A stretch of DNA of 64,000 nucleotides, from assembly GCA_964417865.1 (NCBI GenBank), contig CAYQJI010000001.1, positions 14,492 to 78,491 on the forward strand, in the 5' to 3' direction. The notes below the pieces were generated by a model. It worked only from the letters and a program-made list of their open reading frames with translations, did no database searches and was not told where the DNA came from. Below, piece by piece: positions 38,841-49,336 of the stretch. The DNA is from Candidatus Woesearchaeota archaeon (GTDB lineage Archaea > Nanobdellota > Nanobdellia > Pacearchaeales > GW2011-AR1). How positions within the stretch are numbered: position 1 is the stretch's first letter; every line of letters begins with the position of its first letter. The translations under genes were made by a program, and so were the position numbers.

Positions 38841-41800
38841 TAAAAAAAATAAACTATCTATTTTTGGTATTTTTCATTATTTTATTTTCTAATTTAGTCT
38901 TTTCAGCAACAATTTCAGATTTTTTTAAAACTCAAACAAAAGATAATTTGAACACAGAAAACTCTCCAATTTATCAATGTAATCAAGGAGAAGATTTTAT
39001 CGCATTTATTTCTCCTTTACAATGCTCCCCAGAAATTGTTAGAGATGATTTGCTTGAAGAAAATGATGTGCCGATTTATTGTAAAATTAATCTTTATAAA
39101 ATTAATCCTTTCGTTGATGTTTCTGGAATAAAAAGTGTATCTTTCTTAGGGAATCATTCTAAAGAAATAAGCAGTGTTTCTTATTACCCTGCATATTCTG
39201 CTTTAACAGGAGTTCAATCTAATTTAAAAAATCCAGGTTATATAAAAATTCTATTAAAAAAAGAACCAAATACCTCTAAGATTCCTGATTTTGTAGAGGG
39301 AAATCTTAGCGCAAAAATCTCTTATACCCTAAAAGATGAGGTGGGAATTCATGATTATTCTATTAATTTAAAAGAAATCTCCAACGATTATGAATGGGAT
39401 AATGTAAAGAATAAATATAGTTTTTGGAATAATAAGGGATATATAAGATTAGCAAATTTAGAAAACAATAAAGCAACTCTCTGGGTTTATGATTCAAAAG
39501 ATAGAAAAATATCCTCTTTGACTTTATCTAAAGGAGAAAATTCTAAAATAATATACTCTAATGATTTTGGATGCACTGGTTTACAAGTTAAACTACAAGA
39601 TTTAGAAAACCCTGAAACTAAAGCTCAAATTTCTATTAACTCTAATATTGTAGATTTAAAACAAAACGATAAGTTTCTTGATAACAAGTGTTCTATAATC
39701 TCTATTGATAAATACTCTGAAGTTGTTAAAATAAGATGCAACGAAGATAATGGTATAAAAGATTATTCTTTATTTAATTCTTATAAAGTTAATCTTTCTA
39801 TTGATGGAACAGAATACATCAAAGATATTGGAGATTTCCTTTTTTCAGCTGATAATAAGGATATTTATCTTGTTGGGATTAGTTCTGTATTATTAGATAA
39901 TAGCCCTCAAAATATTGTTTGGATTGGGGAGATACCTAAAGAAATTTCCAATTCTGCACAAAGTCTAAACAGTTATCAAATAACTGGTTTTTCTTCATTA
40001 ATCAGCCAAATAATCTCAGCTAATAATATTAAAAATGAAAATTCTTTCTCTTTAGAGAGTCTAACAAAAAGTTTTGGTGCTTTTTTATATGAAAGCTTTT
40101 TTTACAAGATAGGTTCTGGTCAACAAATTCATTTTTTAAAACAAAGAAAAGATTACACTATTTCAGGAAAAAAAATTGTATTTAATGGATTTGATACCCC
40201 CAAAGATGAAGAGCTTTTAGGAGAAATTAAAAATAATTATGAATTAGCAAAAGAAAATTACGAATCTGTAATAAAGGACTTTTCTTCTGAATCTCTTATT
40301 ACTAATAAAAATGAAAATGTTTATACAGGAGAAAGAGCCTTGTATCAAGAAATTATCTTATCTTATAATGTAAATCAAAAATTTACTGCATCCCAATTAT
40401 GCGAGAAGTTTTTCTCTAATTACCCTAATTCATTGTATATTCCTGAATTAAAAGAAAAATATTGTAATGAACTAAAATTATCTTCTTCTACAAATAGCGC
40501 ATTTGTTTCAATAAATCAAAACTTGTATAAAATCTCTTTAAATTATATTTCTGAACCTTCTTTTGAAGAGTATGGTGCAAGTTTCTTTGTAAATGATGGT
40601 TCTAATAGAGCTTCTTTTTCATTAAACAGAAATGGAATTTATGATTTAAACTCTTATAAAATTCCTTTATCAATAAGATTAAGTTCAATAGATAGTGACC
40701 CAAAGGGAAATTATGTTAATATTCAGATTAGTTCTTCAGATGAAAACCTTAAAAAACAGATTAGTCAAACAACTTACAAAATTTATAAGAATGATCAATT
40801 AAAAATAGGAAATTATTTTATTGTTGTTTCTAATATTAATTTAAAAAAAGAGGCTTTTGTTTCATTGGTTCCTTCAATTAGTTCTTCTTCGTCACAAGCA
40901 AATTTCAGTTTTAAGATAGGAATTGAAAAAAGGGCAATTAAATTAACTCCTGAACAAACTAAATCTCTTATAAAAAATGTAAATGAAAAAATTTCTCTAT
41001 TATCAGATATTTCTAATGGCTTAGAATCAGTTATTGAACCTTTAAAAGGAGCATGTTATCTTTCTACTGCAACTCTTTTAATAAAAAATTTCATTTCAGG
41101 TTCAACAAGCCAAGGTATGGCTAGACTTCTTGTTATGAAGGGTGTTGAAGGAAATTCTGGATGGTATACTAAATGTGAAAAAGAGATGAAAGAAAATCCT
41201 TCTAAATTTAGTTCATTAAATAGTTGTCTTTCTAATCATTCTTCAGAGATAGAAGAAGATGTTCAAAAGACCTCTAGTGTTATAGATAAGCTTAATAAAG
41301 AAATAAAAGACGAACAATCTCAAGATTCTTATCAATTATCAACAAAATCATCTCTGGGAATTCTAACAACTACAATAGACAAAGGAAAATTGAAAGATAA
41401 TTTCTTATTAAACAAAGATAAACTAAACAGAATTATTAATAATACAAGAGAAATAACTGATAATACAAAAGAAAATCTTAACAAATTATTAGAAAATCAA
41501 GAAGGTTTAAAAAAATCAATGAGCTTTGAACAAGCAAGAGATTTGAATTTATATTTAATGATTTTGAGTGAAACAGGTATTTCTGATAATTTAAAAGAAA
41601 TAGCAAATACAAAATTAGAATCTTTGATTAATGAAGTTTCTTTAACATCTGTATCTAATGAGCAAATTTTAAGTTTATCCTCTTATCTTGGAATTGATTA
41701 TAAAAAAATTGGAATTTTAAGTTCTGATTCTAAAGGAAATATCCCCTACTTAGGATTAGTATTAAAAGATTTAAGCAAATTGGATAGTAAGTTTTCATTA

Positions 41801-44800
41801 AATGAATTTTCTAATTCTCCTGTTTATTTATTTGAATATCTCAACAAAGAAAATAATAAAGATACCCTTTTCTACCTACTATTATTGGAAAAAAAGGGTA
41901 ATCTTTATACCCCTAAGAATAATAAAATTTTTAAAATAGATAAGACAAATAATGGGTTCAATGTTGTTGATACAGAGAGCTCACCTTTCCCTTTTAATAA
42001 CATTCAATTTATAAGTTCAAGTTTCTCCAATAAATATCAAAATCCTGAATTAAAATATTATGATTCTAGTAATTCTGATAAATTACCTTCAGTTGTTCCT
42101 ATTGATACAGCAAATGGATGGTATGCTGGAATAGAACCTCTTGTTTATGGAAATAAAGATGCGATTTTAGATTCTGGAAGAATTAATATTTTTTATTTAT
42201 GTAATGTTGGAATAGATGGAAAAGAAGAATTTTCTCTTAGGAACTCTCAATCAACTGATGATCTCTGTCAAATGATTGATTTGGGAATTTCTGAAAGTTA
42301 TAAATACATTATGGGTTTGTCAGAAACAGAATCAGTAAGATTAACTACAAAAGCAATTAGTGCAATACAACAAGCACAAAAAGCATCTAACCAAGCAGAG
42401 GGTTCTAGCGTTAAAATACTAGATCAAGTATTTAAAGTAGGAAAATCCCAAGTAGATACCAATTCATTTAGATGTGAAGACTTTATGCCTCATCAAGATT
42501 GTTTAACAATATTTAATCTTTGTGACCCTGTAATATGTCCTTCAAGTAGATGTGATTTTGGAGGAAAATATAAAGTGGATAATGTTGTGCAATCTGGAAT
42601 TTTAGGTAGTATAATGCTTTGTTTACCTAACGCTAAAGAAGGAATTCTCTTCCCTATTTGTTTAACCGGAATTAAAGCAGGAGTTGATTCATTAAATTCT
42701 GTATTAAAATCTTATAGTGATTGTTTAAATATAAGCTTACAAAATGGACAAACAGTAGGTGTTTGTGATGAAATTAATAGTTTTTATATATGTGACTTTG
42801 TTTGGAGACAAGTTTCTCCTATCTTGAACTTAGGAATTCCTACAATAGTTGAATCTTTATTAAACAAAGGGAGAGGTGGTGGAGAATATATTAATGTTCA
42901 AGCTTCATGGGAACTTACTAAATCTGCTGCAGATTATTTTGTTAATTCTTATGGGCAAAATTCTAAAAAAGCTTTTCTTTTGAGAAGTTCTGAAAATATT
43001 GGAGGAGAAGTTTGTAAACTTTATACTTCTTTTACTACTCAAGATCTTTCTGGTGTTGTAAAAAGTTTATTAAAATCAGATTCTCCTGCACAATTCACAG
43101 GAAGATTTGATGAAATACCTTTAACAACAGTCACAGAACATCCAACATCCCATTATAAAGTATATTATCATATTTATGCAGGAACAGATAGTGGTGCAAA
43201 TTATAAAGTTTATCTTAGAAACAAAGAAACTTATTATCAAGATACTTCAACAGCATTAGTTGTTGATAGTGGTTATGTGCCTAATGGAAATTACTATTCT
43301 CAAACTAAAGATATAATTGGGAATTCAGGATATAATGAGCTGTGTATATCAGTTAATAATCAAGAAGTATGTGGTTTTAAAGAAGCTTCTACTTCTATGA
43401 CAATTAATCTTTTGTCTGATGAATATGTTAAATCTATTTCTACAAAAAATGATATAAAAACAGAGGCACAATGTGCAGGAGGAATAAATCAAGGAATAGT
43501 AAGAATCTGTTCTTCTAAAAGTCCTGGAGAAGGTATTGATGCTTATTATAATACTGAAAATGCTAGATGGAAACAAGTAGGGGTTTGTGGTAATGAAAAT
43601 ATGAAATGTTGGCTTGATACAAATAGTGTTAAAGATGCTATTGTGTCTAAGAGTGTTGAAGAATCAACTGTTCAATCTTTAGAAGATTCTTATAAATCCC
43701 TTATTAATACTGAAGGAGAATTAACTGAAGATCAATTGAATGAATTTTTTGAAGAATTAAGTCAAGAAAAAGATATTAATTCAAAAATAAATAGAATTTC
43801 AAACATCTTAGACAAGGTTTATAATAGCAAATATAAAGCAAATTTAATAATATTAAGAGGAGATCTTTATAATGAGCTTTTAATTTCATTAATAAGATCT
43901 AATCAAAATATTGGTAACATTAATTTAAAAACAAAAGATAGTTCAATTTCTCAAACCGATTTAAATTCTCAAAATTCAAATTCTCCTTCTTTAACTCCAA
44001 CAGAGGTGGATTCTTCTGAAGATTATAGATCTCCTGTTTTTTCCTTAAATGCTTTAATTGTTAGTGGCGAAGAGAAAGTTAATAACTCTTTATCTTTTTT
44101 TAAGGATAAATCTAGTTCATCTTTTTCTAATGCAAAAGAAGCTGTTTTAGAAATTTATGAAGATGAAAAAGTTTCACCTTACTGTTATTATACTGAACCA
44201 GATAAGAAAAATTATAAAAATATTAATAATGAATTTCAAAAATCTTTTTCTGTATATACATCAGATGCTAAAACAGCGCTTTTTTATGTTGATAAAGAAA
44301 ATTGTCTTTTAAACCCAGACGATATTAATGTTCTTTCAGATCAAAATAAGAAATTAAACTTATTACAAAAAGGAGATATAATTTCTTATGTTAAAGATGG
44401 TTCTTCTTCAAATAGTGTCATTTTTATAGAATGGATTAATCAAAAGAACTATATTGCAAAAGTATTGGATTGGAATGGTGGGAATATATTAACAGGAAGA
44501 AAATATCAAGAAATTGAAGTTAATCTTTCTGATAATTCTCATCCTGTTTATATGATAATAAAACCTATTCCAAAAGATGACTTTTCAAATCTACCTCCTG
44601 TTGATTCTTTAAGAGATTATTTTAAAAACGAAATTTATGCAATAAAACTTTCAAGTGAAGGTGAAGGACCTATTACCTCTTTTGATATAACATATACAGA
44701 AGCTAGTTCTTTATCTTCCGCTAGAAGTGAGTTAATAAATAAAATATCTTCTTGGATTGGAAAACAAGCTCCTAGTGATGTAACAAACTGTTGGAAAGCT

Positions 44801-45217
44801 GTACAAAAAATATATTCTTCTGCAGGATTTAATTATGAATGTATTTATTCTGATCCAGTAGGAAAAACTTATGAAAAAGTTACTAAACTTGTTACAGGAA
44901 CAACAAACAAAGATATTCTTCAAGTAAATCCTACTAGATGTTGCAAGAATAATAAATGTGATGAAGAACAAAAGTTAAATCTCTTAAATCCTGGAGATAT
45001 AATCTCTTATGTATATAATGAAAAAATAGGGCATAATGCCATTTTTATAGAGTGGTTTGATAAAGAAAAGGGAATAGCTAAATTATTTGATTGGAATGAT
45101 GTTAGGGATAACACCCATTATTACAGGTATTATAAATTGGTTACATTGAAAGATGATTCTCATCCTGTTTATATGATTTGGAAACCTGTTAAATCTTGGT
45201 CTTCTTCTTCAACTTAA
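38837..45217 (+). CDS. giant secreted Cys-rich surface protein (2126 aa) with two C-terminal papain/NlpC-P60-like modules
   Basis: Sec signal peptide. Cys clusters. C-terminal repeats with TNCWKAVQKIY...GDIISYV...GHNAIFIEW...DWN (Cys/His/Asn-Asp order). The first repeat lacks the Cys and His. Confidence 0.6.
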   Translation: MIKKINYLFLVFFIILFSNLVFSATISDFFKTQTKDNLNTENSPIYQCNQGEDFIAFISPLQCSPEIVRDDLLEENDVPIYCKINLYKINPFVDVSGIKSVSFLGNHSKEISSVSYYPAYSALTGVQSNLKNPGYIKILLKKEPNTSKIPDFVEGNLSAKISYTLKDEVGIHDYSINLKEISNDYEWDNVKNKYSFWNNKGYIRLANLENNKATLWVYDSKDRKISSLTLSKGENSKIIYSNDFGCTGLQVKLQDLENPETKAQISINSNIVDLKQNDKFLDNKCSIISIDKYSEVVKIRCNEDNGIKDYSLFNSYKVNLSIDGTEYIKDIGDFLFSADNKDIYLVGISSVLLDNSPQNIVWIGEIPKEISNSAQSLNSYQITGFSSLISQIISANNIKNENSFSLESLTKSFGAFLYESFFYKIGSGQQIHFLKQRKDYTISGKKIVFNGFDTPKDEELLGEIKNNYELAKENYESVIKDFSSESLITNKNENVYTGERALYQEIILSYNVNQKFTASQLCEKFFSNYPNSLYIPELKEKYCNELKLSSSTNSAFVSINQNLYKISLNYISEPSFEEYGASFFVNDGSNRASFSLNRNGIYDLNSYKIPLSIRLSSIDSDPKGNYVNIQISSSDENLKKQISQTTYKIYKNDQLKIGNYFIVVSNINLKKEAFVSLVPSISSSSSQANFSFKIGIEKRAIKLTPEQTKSLIKNVNEKISLLSDISNGLESVIEPLKGACYLSTATLLIKNFISGSTSQGMARLLVMKGVEGNSGWYTKCEKEMKENPSKFSSLNSCLSNHSSEIEEDVQKTSSVIDKLNKEIKDEQSQDSYQLSTKSSLGILTTTIDKGKLKDNFLLNKDKLNRIINNTREITDNTKENLNKLLENQEGLKKSMSFEQARDLNLYLMILSETGISDNLKEIANTKLESLINEVSLTSVSNEQILSLSSYLGIDYKKIGILSSDSKGNIPYLGLVLKDLSKLDSKFSLNEFSNSPVYLFEYLNKENNKDTLFYLLLLEKKGNLYTPKNNKIFKIDKTNNGFNVVDTESSPFPFNNIQFISSSFSNKYQNPELKYYDSSNSDKLPSVVPIDTANGWYAGIEPLVYGNKDAILDSGRINIFYLCNVGIDGKEEFSLRNSQSTDDLCQMIDLGISESYKYIMGLSETESVRLTTKAISAIQQAQKASNQAEGSSVKILDQVFKVGKSQVDTNSFRCEDFMPHQDCLTIFNLCDPVICPSSRCDFGGKYKVDNVVQSGILGSIMLCLPNAKEGILFPICLTGIKAGVDSLNSVLKSYSDCLNISLQNGQTVGVCDEINSFYICDFVWRQVSPILNLGIPTIVESLLNKGRGGGEYINVQASWELTKSAADYFVNSYGQNSKKAFLLRSSENIGGEVCKLYTSFTTQDLSGVVKSLLKSDSPAQFTGRFDEIPLTTVTEHPTSHYKVYYHIYAGTDSGANYKVYLRNKETYYQDTSTALVVDSGYVPNGNYYSQTKDIIGNSGYNELCISVNNQEVCGFKEASTSMTINLLSDEYVKSISTKNDIKTEAQCAGGINQGIVRICSSKSPGEGIDAYYNTENARWKQVGVCGNENMKCWLDTNSVKDAIVSKSVEESTVQSLEDSYKSLINTEGELTEDQLNEFFEELSQEKDINSKINRISNILDKVYNSKYKANLIILRGDLYNELLISLIRSNQNIGNINLKTKDSSISQTDLNSQNSNSPSLTPTEVDSSEDYRSPVFSLNALIVSGEEKVNNSLSFFKDKSSSSFSNAKEAVLEIYEDEKVSPYCYYTEPDKKNYKNINNEFQKSFSVYTSDAKTALFYVDKENCLLNPDDINVLSDQNKKLNLLQKGDIISYVKDGSSSNSVIFIEWINQKNYIAKVLDWNGGNILTGRKYQEIEVNLSDNSHPVYMIIKPIPKDDFSNLPPVDSLRDYFKNEIYAIKLSSEGEGPITSFDITYTEASSLSSARSELINKISSWIGKQAPSDVTNCWKAVQKIYSSAGFNYECIYSDPVGKTYEKVTKLVTGTTNKDILQVNPTRCCKNNKCDEEQKLNLLNPGDIISYVYNEKIGHNAIFIEWFDKEKGIAKLFDWNDVRDNTHYYRYYKLVTLKDDSHPVYMIWKPVKSWSSSST

Positions 45218-45257
45218 TCATGAATAATCTTTTAAACTCTTTTTTATTTCTTTTTAT

Positions 45258-46280
45258 ATGATGGGGTTTTTTATAAATAGAAGAGGTGAACAATCTTCTT
45301 GGATTTTGATCTCTTTAATCTTAGCTTTAATTGTTGGAGGATTTTTTACTTATAGATATTTTGAAACAAATGGAACTTTTTTAGAGAACATTCAAGGCGT
45401 ATGGGATGTAAAATCTTCTTGTCAGAATTATTGTTATTCTATGCAAACAGACAATTACTGTCATTCTACATTTAATTTAAAATATGAATTTAATAATAAA
45501 AAAATTCTTTTAAAAGATATCACCTGTAATTTTTTATCAAGTATAAATAAAAATAATCCGTTGAATATAGAAAAATGTAATTTTATACAATGTAATGATC
45601 TAATTTTAGAGAATAATCAAAATGAACATAAAAGACAAGAAATTTGTTATGACAATGTAAACATAAATAGAGTTTATTCTTTAAATAATAACTCTCTCCC
45701 GCAAACTTTAGAATCAACTAACTGTTTAGGAGACAAAAATTTAGAATGTTCTTCAAAACCAAATTTTGAAGGAATAAAAACTTCAATAAACTCTTTGAAT
45801 GATGAAGCAAGAAAAAATGTTTTTAATACATTAGCTTTATGTGTTAATTCTAAATCTGTTGGTGATGATTGTTGGCAAGCAGTTAATGCTATTTATAAAA
45901 AGTCAAATGTTGTTTTTTCTTGTGTTTATTCTGATTTTCCTGGAAAAAAATATGTAGTTAGTTCAACTAAAACTTCTTTAAACCTTCCTTTTCTTGTAGC
46001 TTCTGATAAAGATTCTTGTTTGAAATATGGATTAAATGAAAATGAAAAATTAGATTTATTAAAAACAGGGGATATAATCTCTTACATTTGGGATAAAAGC
46101 ACAGGGCATAATGCAATATTTATAGAGTGGGTTGATAAAAATGGAAAAATTGCAAAACTTTTTGATTGGAATGGTCAAAATAAAAATTATAGATATTATG
46201 AGGAAAATCTTTCTGATCTTAAACATCCTGTTTATATGATTTGGATGCCTAAACAAAAATTTTCTAGTTCTTCTGCATAA
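45258..46280 (+). CDS. pilin-signal protein fused to papain/NlpC-P60-like putative peptidase domain
   Basis: RRG/EQSSWILISLILALIVGGFF leader, paralogous to 14679. ITCNFLSS motif. DDCWQAVNAIY...GDIISYIWDKSTGHNAIFIEWVD...DWNG. Confidence 0.55.
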   Translation: MMGFFINRRGEQSSWILISLILALIVGGFFTYRYFETNGTFLENIQGVWDVKSSCQNYCYSMQTDNYCHSTFNLKYEFNNKKILLKDITCNFLSSINKNNPLNIEKCNFIQCNDLILENNQNEHKRQEICYDNVNINRVYSLNNNSLPQTLESTNCLGDKNLECSSKPNFEGIKTSINSLNDEARKNVFNTLALCVNSKSVGDDCWQAVNAIYKKSNVVFSCVYSDFPGKKYVVSSTKTSLNLPFLVASDKDSCLKYGLNENEKLDLLKTGDIISYIWDKSTGHNAIFIEWVDKNGKIAKLFDWNGQNKNYRYYEENLSDLKHPVYMIWMPKQKFSSSSA

Positions 46281-46299
46281 TTTTTTTCTAATATCTTAA

Positions 46300-46383
46300 T
46301 GCGGGTGAAAGGATTTGAACCTTTGCAGGCACTAAGCCACGAGAGCCTTAATCTCGCCCATTTGACCACTCTGGCACACCCGC
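46300..46383 (-). tRNA. tRNA-Leu, anticodon reads AAG (unusual), long variable arm
   Basis: Acceptor GCGGGUG/CACCCGC, anticodon stem CGAGA/UCUCG with loop UUAAGGC, variable stem-loop GGCUUAGUGCC, T-loop UUCAAAU, A73. Confidence 0.75.
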
Positions 46384-46419
46384 ATAATCTATAATTATAT
46401 TAAAGAAATGTTTTAATAT

Positions 46420-47334
46420 TTATTCTTTTGGTTCTTTATCTTTTAGCTTATCTTGCAAATTTAACCTTTCAATCAATTCTTTATACCTATTCCTAATTGT
46501 GACTTCTGTTATTCCTGCTATATCTGCAACCTCTCTTTGTGTTTTCTTTTCATCATTCATTAAAGCTGCCACATATAATGCTGCTGCAGCAATTCCTGCA
46601 GGCCCTCTTCCTGATGTTAATTCTATTTTTTCTGCATTTTTTAAAACATTTAAAGCATCATTTTGAGTTTTAGGAGACAACTTTAACACAGAAGAAAATC
46701 TTGAGATATAATCTTTTGGAGAGCTTTGTTTTACTTTTATTTGTAATTTTCTTATTATGAATCTGTATGTTCTTCCTATCTCTTTTCTTTCTACATCAGA
46801 AGCTGTTGCCATTTCATCTAATGTTCTAGGGATGTTATAACTTCTACATGCTGCATATAAACAGGCCGCTATTACTGATTCCATACTTCTGCCTCTAACC
46901 ATCCCTCTTTGTAAGACAAAATTATAAATTCTTGCAGCTTCATCTCTCACAACATTAGGAAGATTTAAATAAGAAGCTATAACCCTTAATTCTGCCATAG
47001 CTAATCTTAAATTTCTTTCAATAGAAGTTGAAACTCTCTCTTGCCATTTCTTTAATCTTAAAAATTTCCTTGTTTGTCCAGGATCTAATTTGTAAATATC
47101 AGAAATCTCTCCAACATTAGTTGTTAATCCTTTATCGAATTTTTGCATACTTATAGGAGCACCACCTCTTCCCTTTTTTTCGTCTTTGTCAAATTTTCCT
47201 TGAAGGTCTGTTCCTTCATCAGTCATCTTTTCTTCTATAACAAGACCACAATCATTACATATAATTTCCCCTAAATGGGCATCATAGGTTAAATTAACAC
47301 TTCCGCATTCAGGGCATCTTTTAACAAAATCCAT
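46420..47334 (-). CDS. tfb: transcription initiation factor TFB
   Basis: Zn ribbon CPECGS...CNDCG, B-reader, two cyclin repeats. Confidence 0.9.
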   Translation of the reverse strand: MDFVKRCPECGSVNLTYDAHLGEIICNDCGLVIEEKMTDEGTDLQGKFDKDEKKGRGGAPISMQKFDKGLTTNVGEISDIYKLDPGQTRKFLRLKKWQERVSTSIERNLRLAMAELRVIASYLNLPNVVRDEAARIYNFVLQRGMVRGRSMESVIAACLYAACRSYNIPRTLDEMATASDVERKEIGRTYRFIIRKLQIKVKQSSPKDYISRFSSVLKLSPKTQNDALNVLKNAEKIELTSGRGPAGIAAAALYVAALMNDEKKTQREVADIAGITEVTIRNRYKELIERLNLQDKLKDKEPKE

Positions 47335-47449
47335 TTTTTACTCCTTCAGTAAGATTTATAAACCTTTTCCTTTTTTAAACCTTTCTATTTTTATATCTAT
47401 GCGTAAGAAGTAAAAATTTAGAATAAATCTTTTGTTAACCTAAACTTTT

Positions 47450-47812
47450 TTATTCTTTTACTAATATCCCATTAATTATACCTGTTTGAGAAGGCCTGTT
47501 TGTTACTTTTACTTTTCCTAATTCTGTTAAAAGAATTGTTCCTTTTGTAATAATATTTTGTCTTGCTAAGAATTTATTAGAAGGCGTTTCTATAACATTC
47601 TTTATTTCAACCTTTTTTGATTTTCCTTTTTCTTGAACATTCACATATTTACCTGAATACATCATTACTTTTAAATTTCCACCATTAACTTTTTTTACTT
47701 TTCTTTTTTCTTCACCTAACTTTACTTTTCTTTTTTGTCCGACTTTTTCTCTTAATTTTTTCTTTCTTGCTTTTATGTATTTTCCGCCTGTGATTTTTCT
47801 TCCTTTCTTCAT
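47450..47812 (-). CDS. rps8e: ribosomal protein S8e
   Basis: ITGGKYIKARKKK...NIITKGTILLTELGKVKVTNRPSQTGIINGILV. Confidence 0.85.
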   Translation of the reverse strand: MKKGRKITGGKYIKARKKKLREKVGQKRKVKLGEEKRKVKKVNGGNLKVMMYSGKYVNVQEKGKSKKVEIKNVIETPSNKFLARQNIITKGTILLTELGKVKVTNRPSQTGIINGILVKE

Positions 47813-47913
47813 AATATGAGTTTTGATTTTTTGTTTAAATATCTTTCTGTTTCTTTATTTTTTTAAAGATAAAATTGCGAAACTTTTATAAATGGAAATC
47901 ATTAACTTAAAAT

Positions 47914-48159
47914 ATGGTTAGTAGTATTGACAGACCTTTGGACTTATTGAATCTTTCAAAAGGCCAAGAAGTTTTGGTTTATCTTAAGGGAGATAAGCAA
48001 TTTGTTGGTACCCTTTTAGCCTTTGATATACATATCAATTTGGTTATTGATAATGTCAAAGAGATACAGAATGGTGAAATCAAGAGAAATCTTGGTTTAA
48101 CTTTTTTAAGAGGGGATACTATAATTTGTATTTCTCCAGCATCAACTGCTCTTAAATGA
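47914..48159 (+). CDS. Sm-like (LSm) archaeal protein
   Basis: Sm1/Sm2 motifs (VLVYLKGDKQFVGTLLAFDIHINLVI...RGDTII). Confidence 0.8.
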   Translation: MVSSIDRPLDLLNLSKGQEVLVYLKGDKQFVGTLLAFDIHINLVIDNVKEIQNGEIKRNLGLTFLRGDTIICISPASTALK

Positions 48160-48269
48160 TAAATTAATTCTTCTTGTTAAAAATAAATAATATCATTCGT
48201 ATTTGTAAATTTATTTTTGTAAAAATTTAAAACAAGAAGTTATATAAATTATTTCTTATTTCAAAATAA

Positions 48270-49163
48270 ATGATAAAAATAATTTTTCTTGGAACTTCTA
48301 GTCAAATTCCAACAAAGAATAGAAACCATACCTCTATACTTGTAGAAACAAACCACGATTCTTTTTTAATTGATTGTGGGGAAGGAACACAAAGACAACT
48401 AAAAAAAATAAATTTTAATGCAAATAGAATCTCTAAAATATTGATAACTCATTGGCATGGGGATCATACTTTAGGATTAGTGGGATTATTAGAAACCTTA
48501 AACTTTAATGAAAGAAAAAAAGATTTGATTATTTATGGCCCAAAAGGAATAAAAGATTTCATTTTATCTTTTTTAAAAACTTTTTATTTTAAACCTGAAT
48601 TTAATTTAAAAATAGAAGAAGTTAAAGGCAAATTTTTTGAAAATGAAGAATATTTTTTAAGTGCAGAAACTATGGTTCATTCTGTCCTTTGTAATTCTTA
48701 TTTTATACAAGAAAAAGATCAATTTAAAATTGATAAAACAAAAATAAAAAACCTCCCATTCAAAGAAGAGCTTTTGAAAAATTTTAAAGAAGGCAAAAAT
48801 ATTAAATTCCAAAATAAAATATATTCATATAAAGATTATACCTCATTAGAAAAAGGAAAAAAAATATCTTTTATTTTAGATACTTTTTTTAATAAAAAAA
48901 TCATCCCTTTCGTTAAAAACAGTGATATCTTAATCTGTGAATCTACTTTTGATAATTCTTTGAAAGAAAAAGCAAAAGATTATTTACATTTAACTATAGA
49001 TGATGCTTTAAATATTGCAAAGAAATCAAAATCAAAAAAATTATATTTAACACATATCAGTCAGAGGTATGAAAAAGATTTTGAGATTTTAGAGAATTAT
49101 GCTAAAAAAAATTTTAAAGAAACTTTTTTAGCTAAAGATTTTGATGAAATTTTATTAAAATAA
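48270..49163 (+). CDS. rnz: ribonuclease Z (tRNA 3' endonuclease), short form
   Basis: Metallo-beta-lactamase HxHxDH (ITHWHGDH), 297 aa. Confidence 0.75.
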   Translation: MIKIIFLGTSSQIPTKNRNHTSILVETNHDSFLIDCGEGTQRQLKKINFNANRISKILITHWHGDHTLGLVGLLETLNFNERKKDLIIYGPKGIKDFILSFLKTFYFKPEFNLKIEEVKGKFFENEEYFLSAETMVHSVLCNSYFIQEKDQFKIDKTKIKNLPFKEELLKNFKEGKNIKFQNKIYSYKDYTSLEKGKKISFILDTFFNKKIIPFVKNSDILICESTFDNSLKEKAKDYLHLTIDDALNIAKKSKSKKLYLTHISQRYEKDFEILENYAKKNFKETFLAKDFDEILLK

Positions 49164-49254
49164 AATAATCCTTCTTAAATTAATAATAAAATTAAGAATA
49201 AATAAAAAACAAAAATAGAAAGATTTTAAAGATAATTTCCTCTTGTTTTTATAT

Positions 49255-49329
49255 GCCTCGGTAGCTCAGCCTGGATAGAGCATTAGCCTTCTAAGCTAAG
49301 GGTCGCAGGTTCAAATCCTGTCCGGGGCG
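49255..49329 (+). tRNA. tRNA-Arg (UCU)
   Basis: Acceptor GCCUCGG/CCGGGGC, anticodon loop CUUCUAA, T-loop UUCAAAU, G73. Confidence 0.85.
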
Positions 49330-49336
49330 TTTTATT

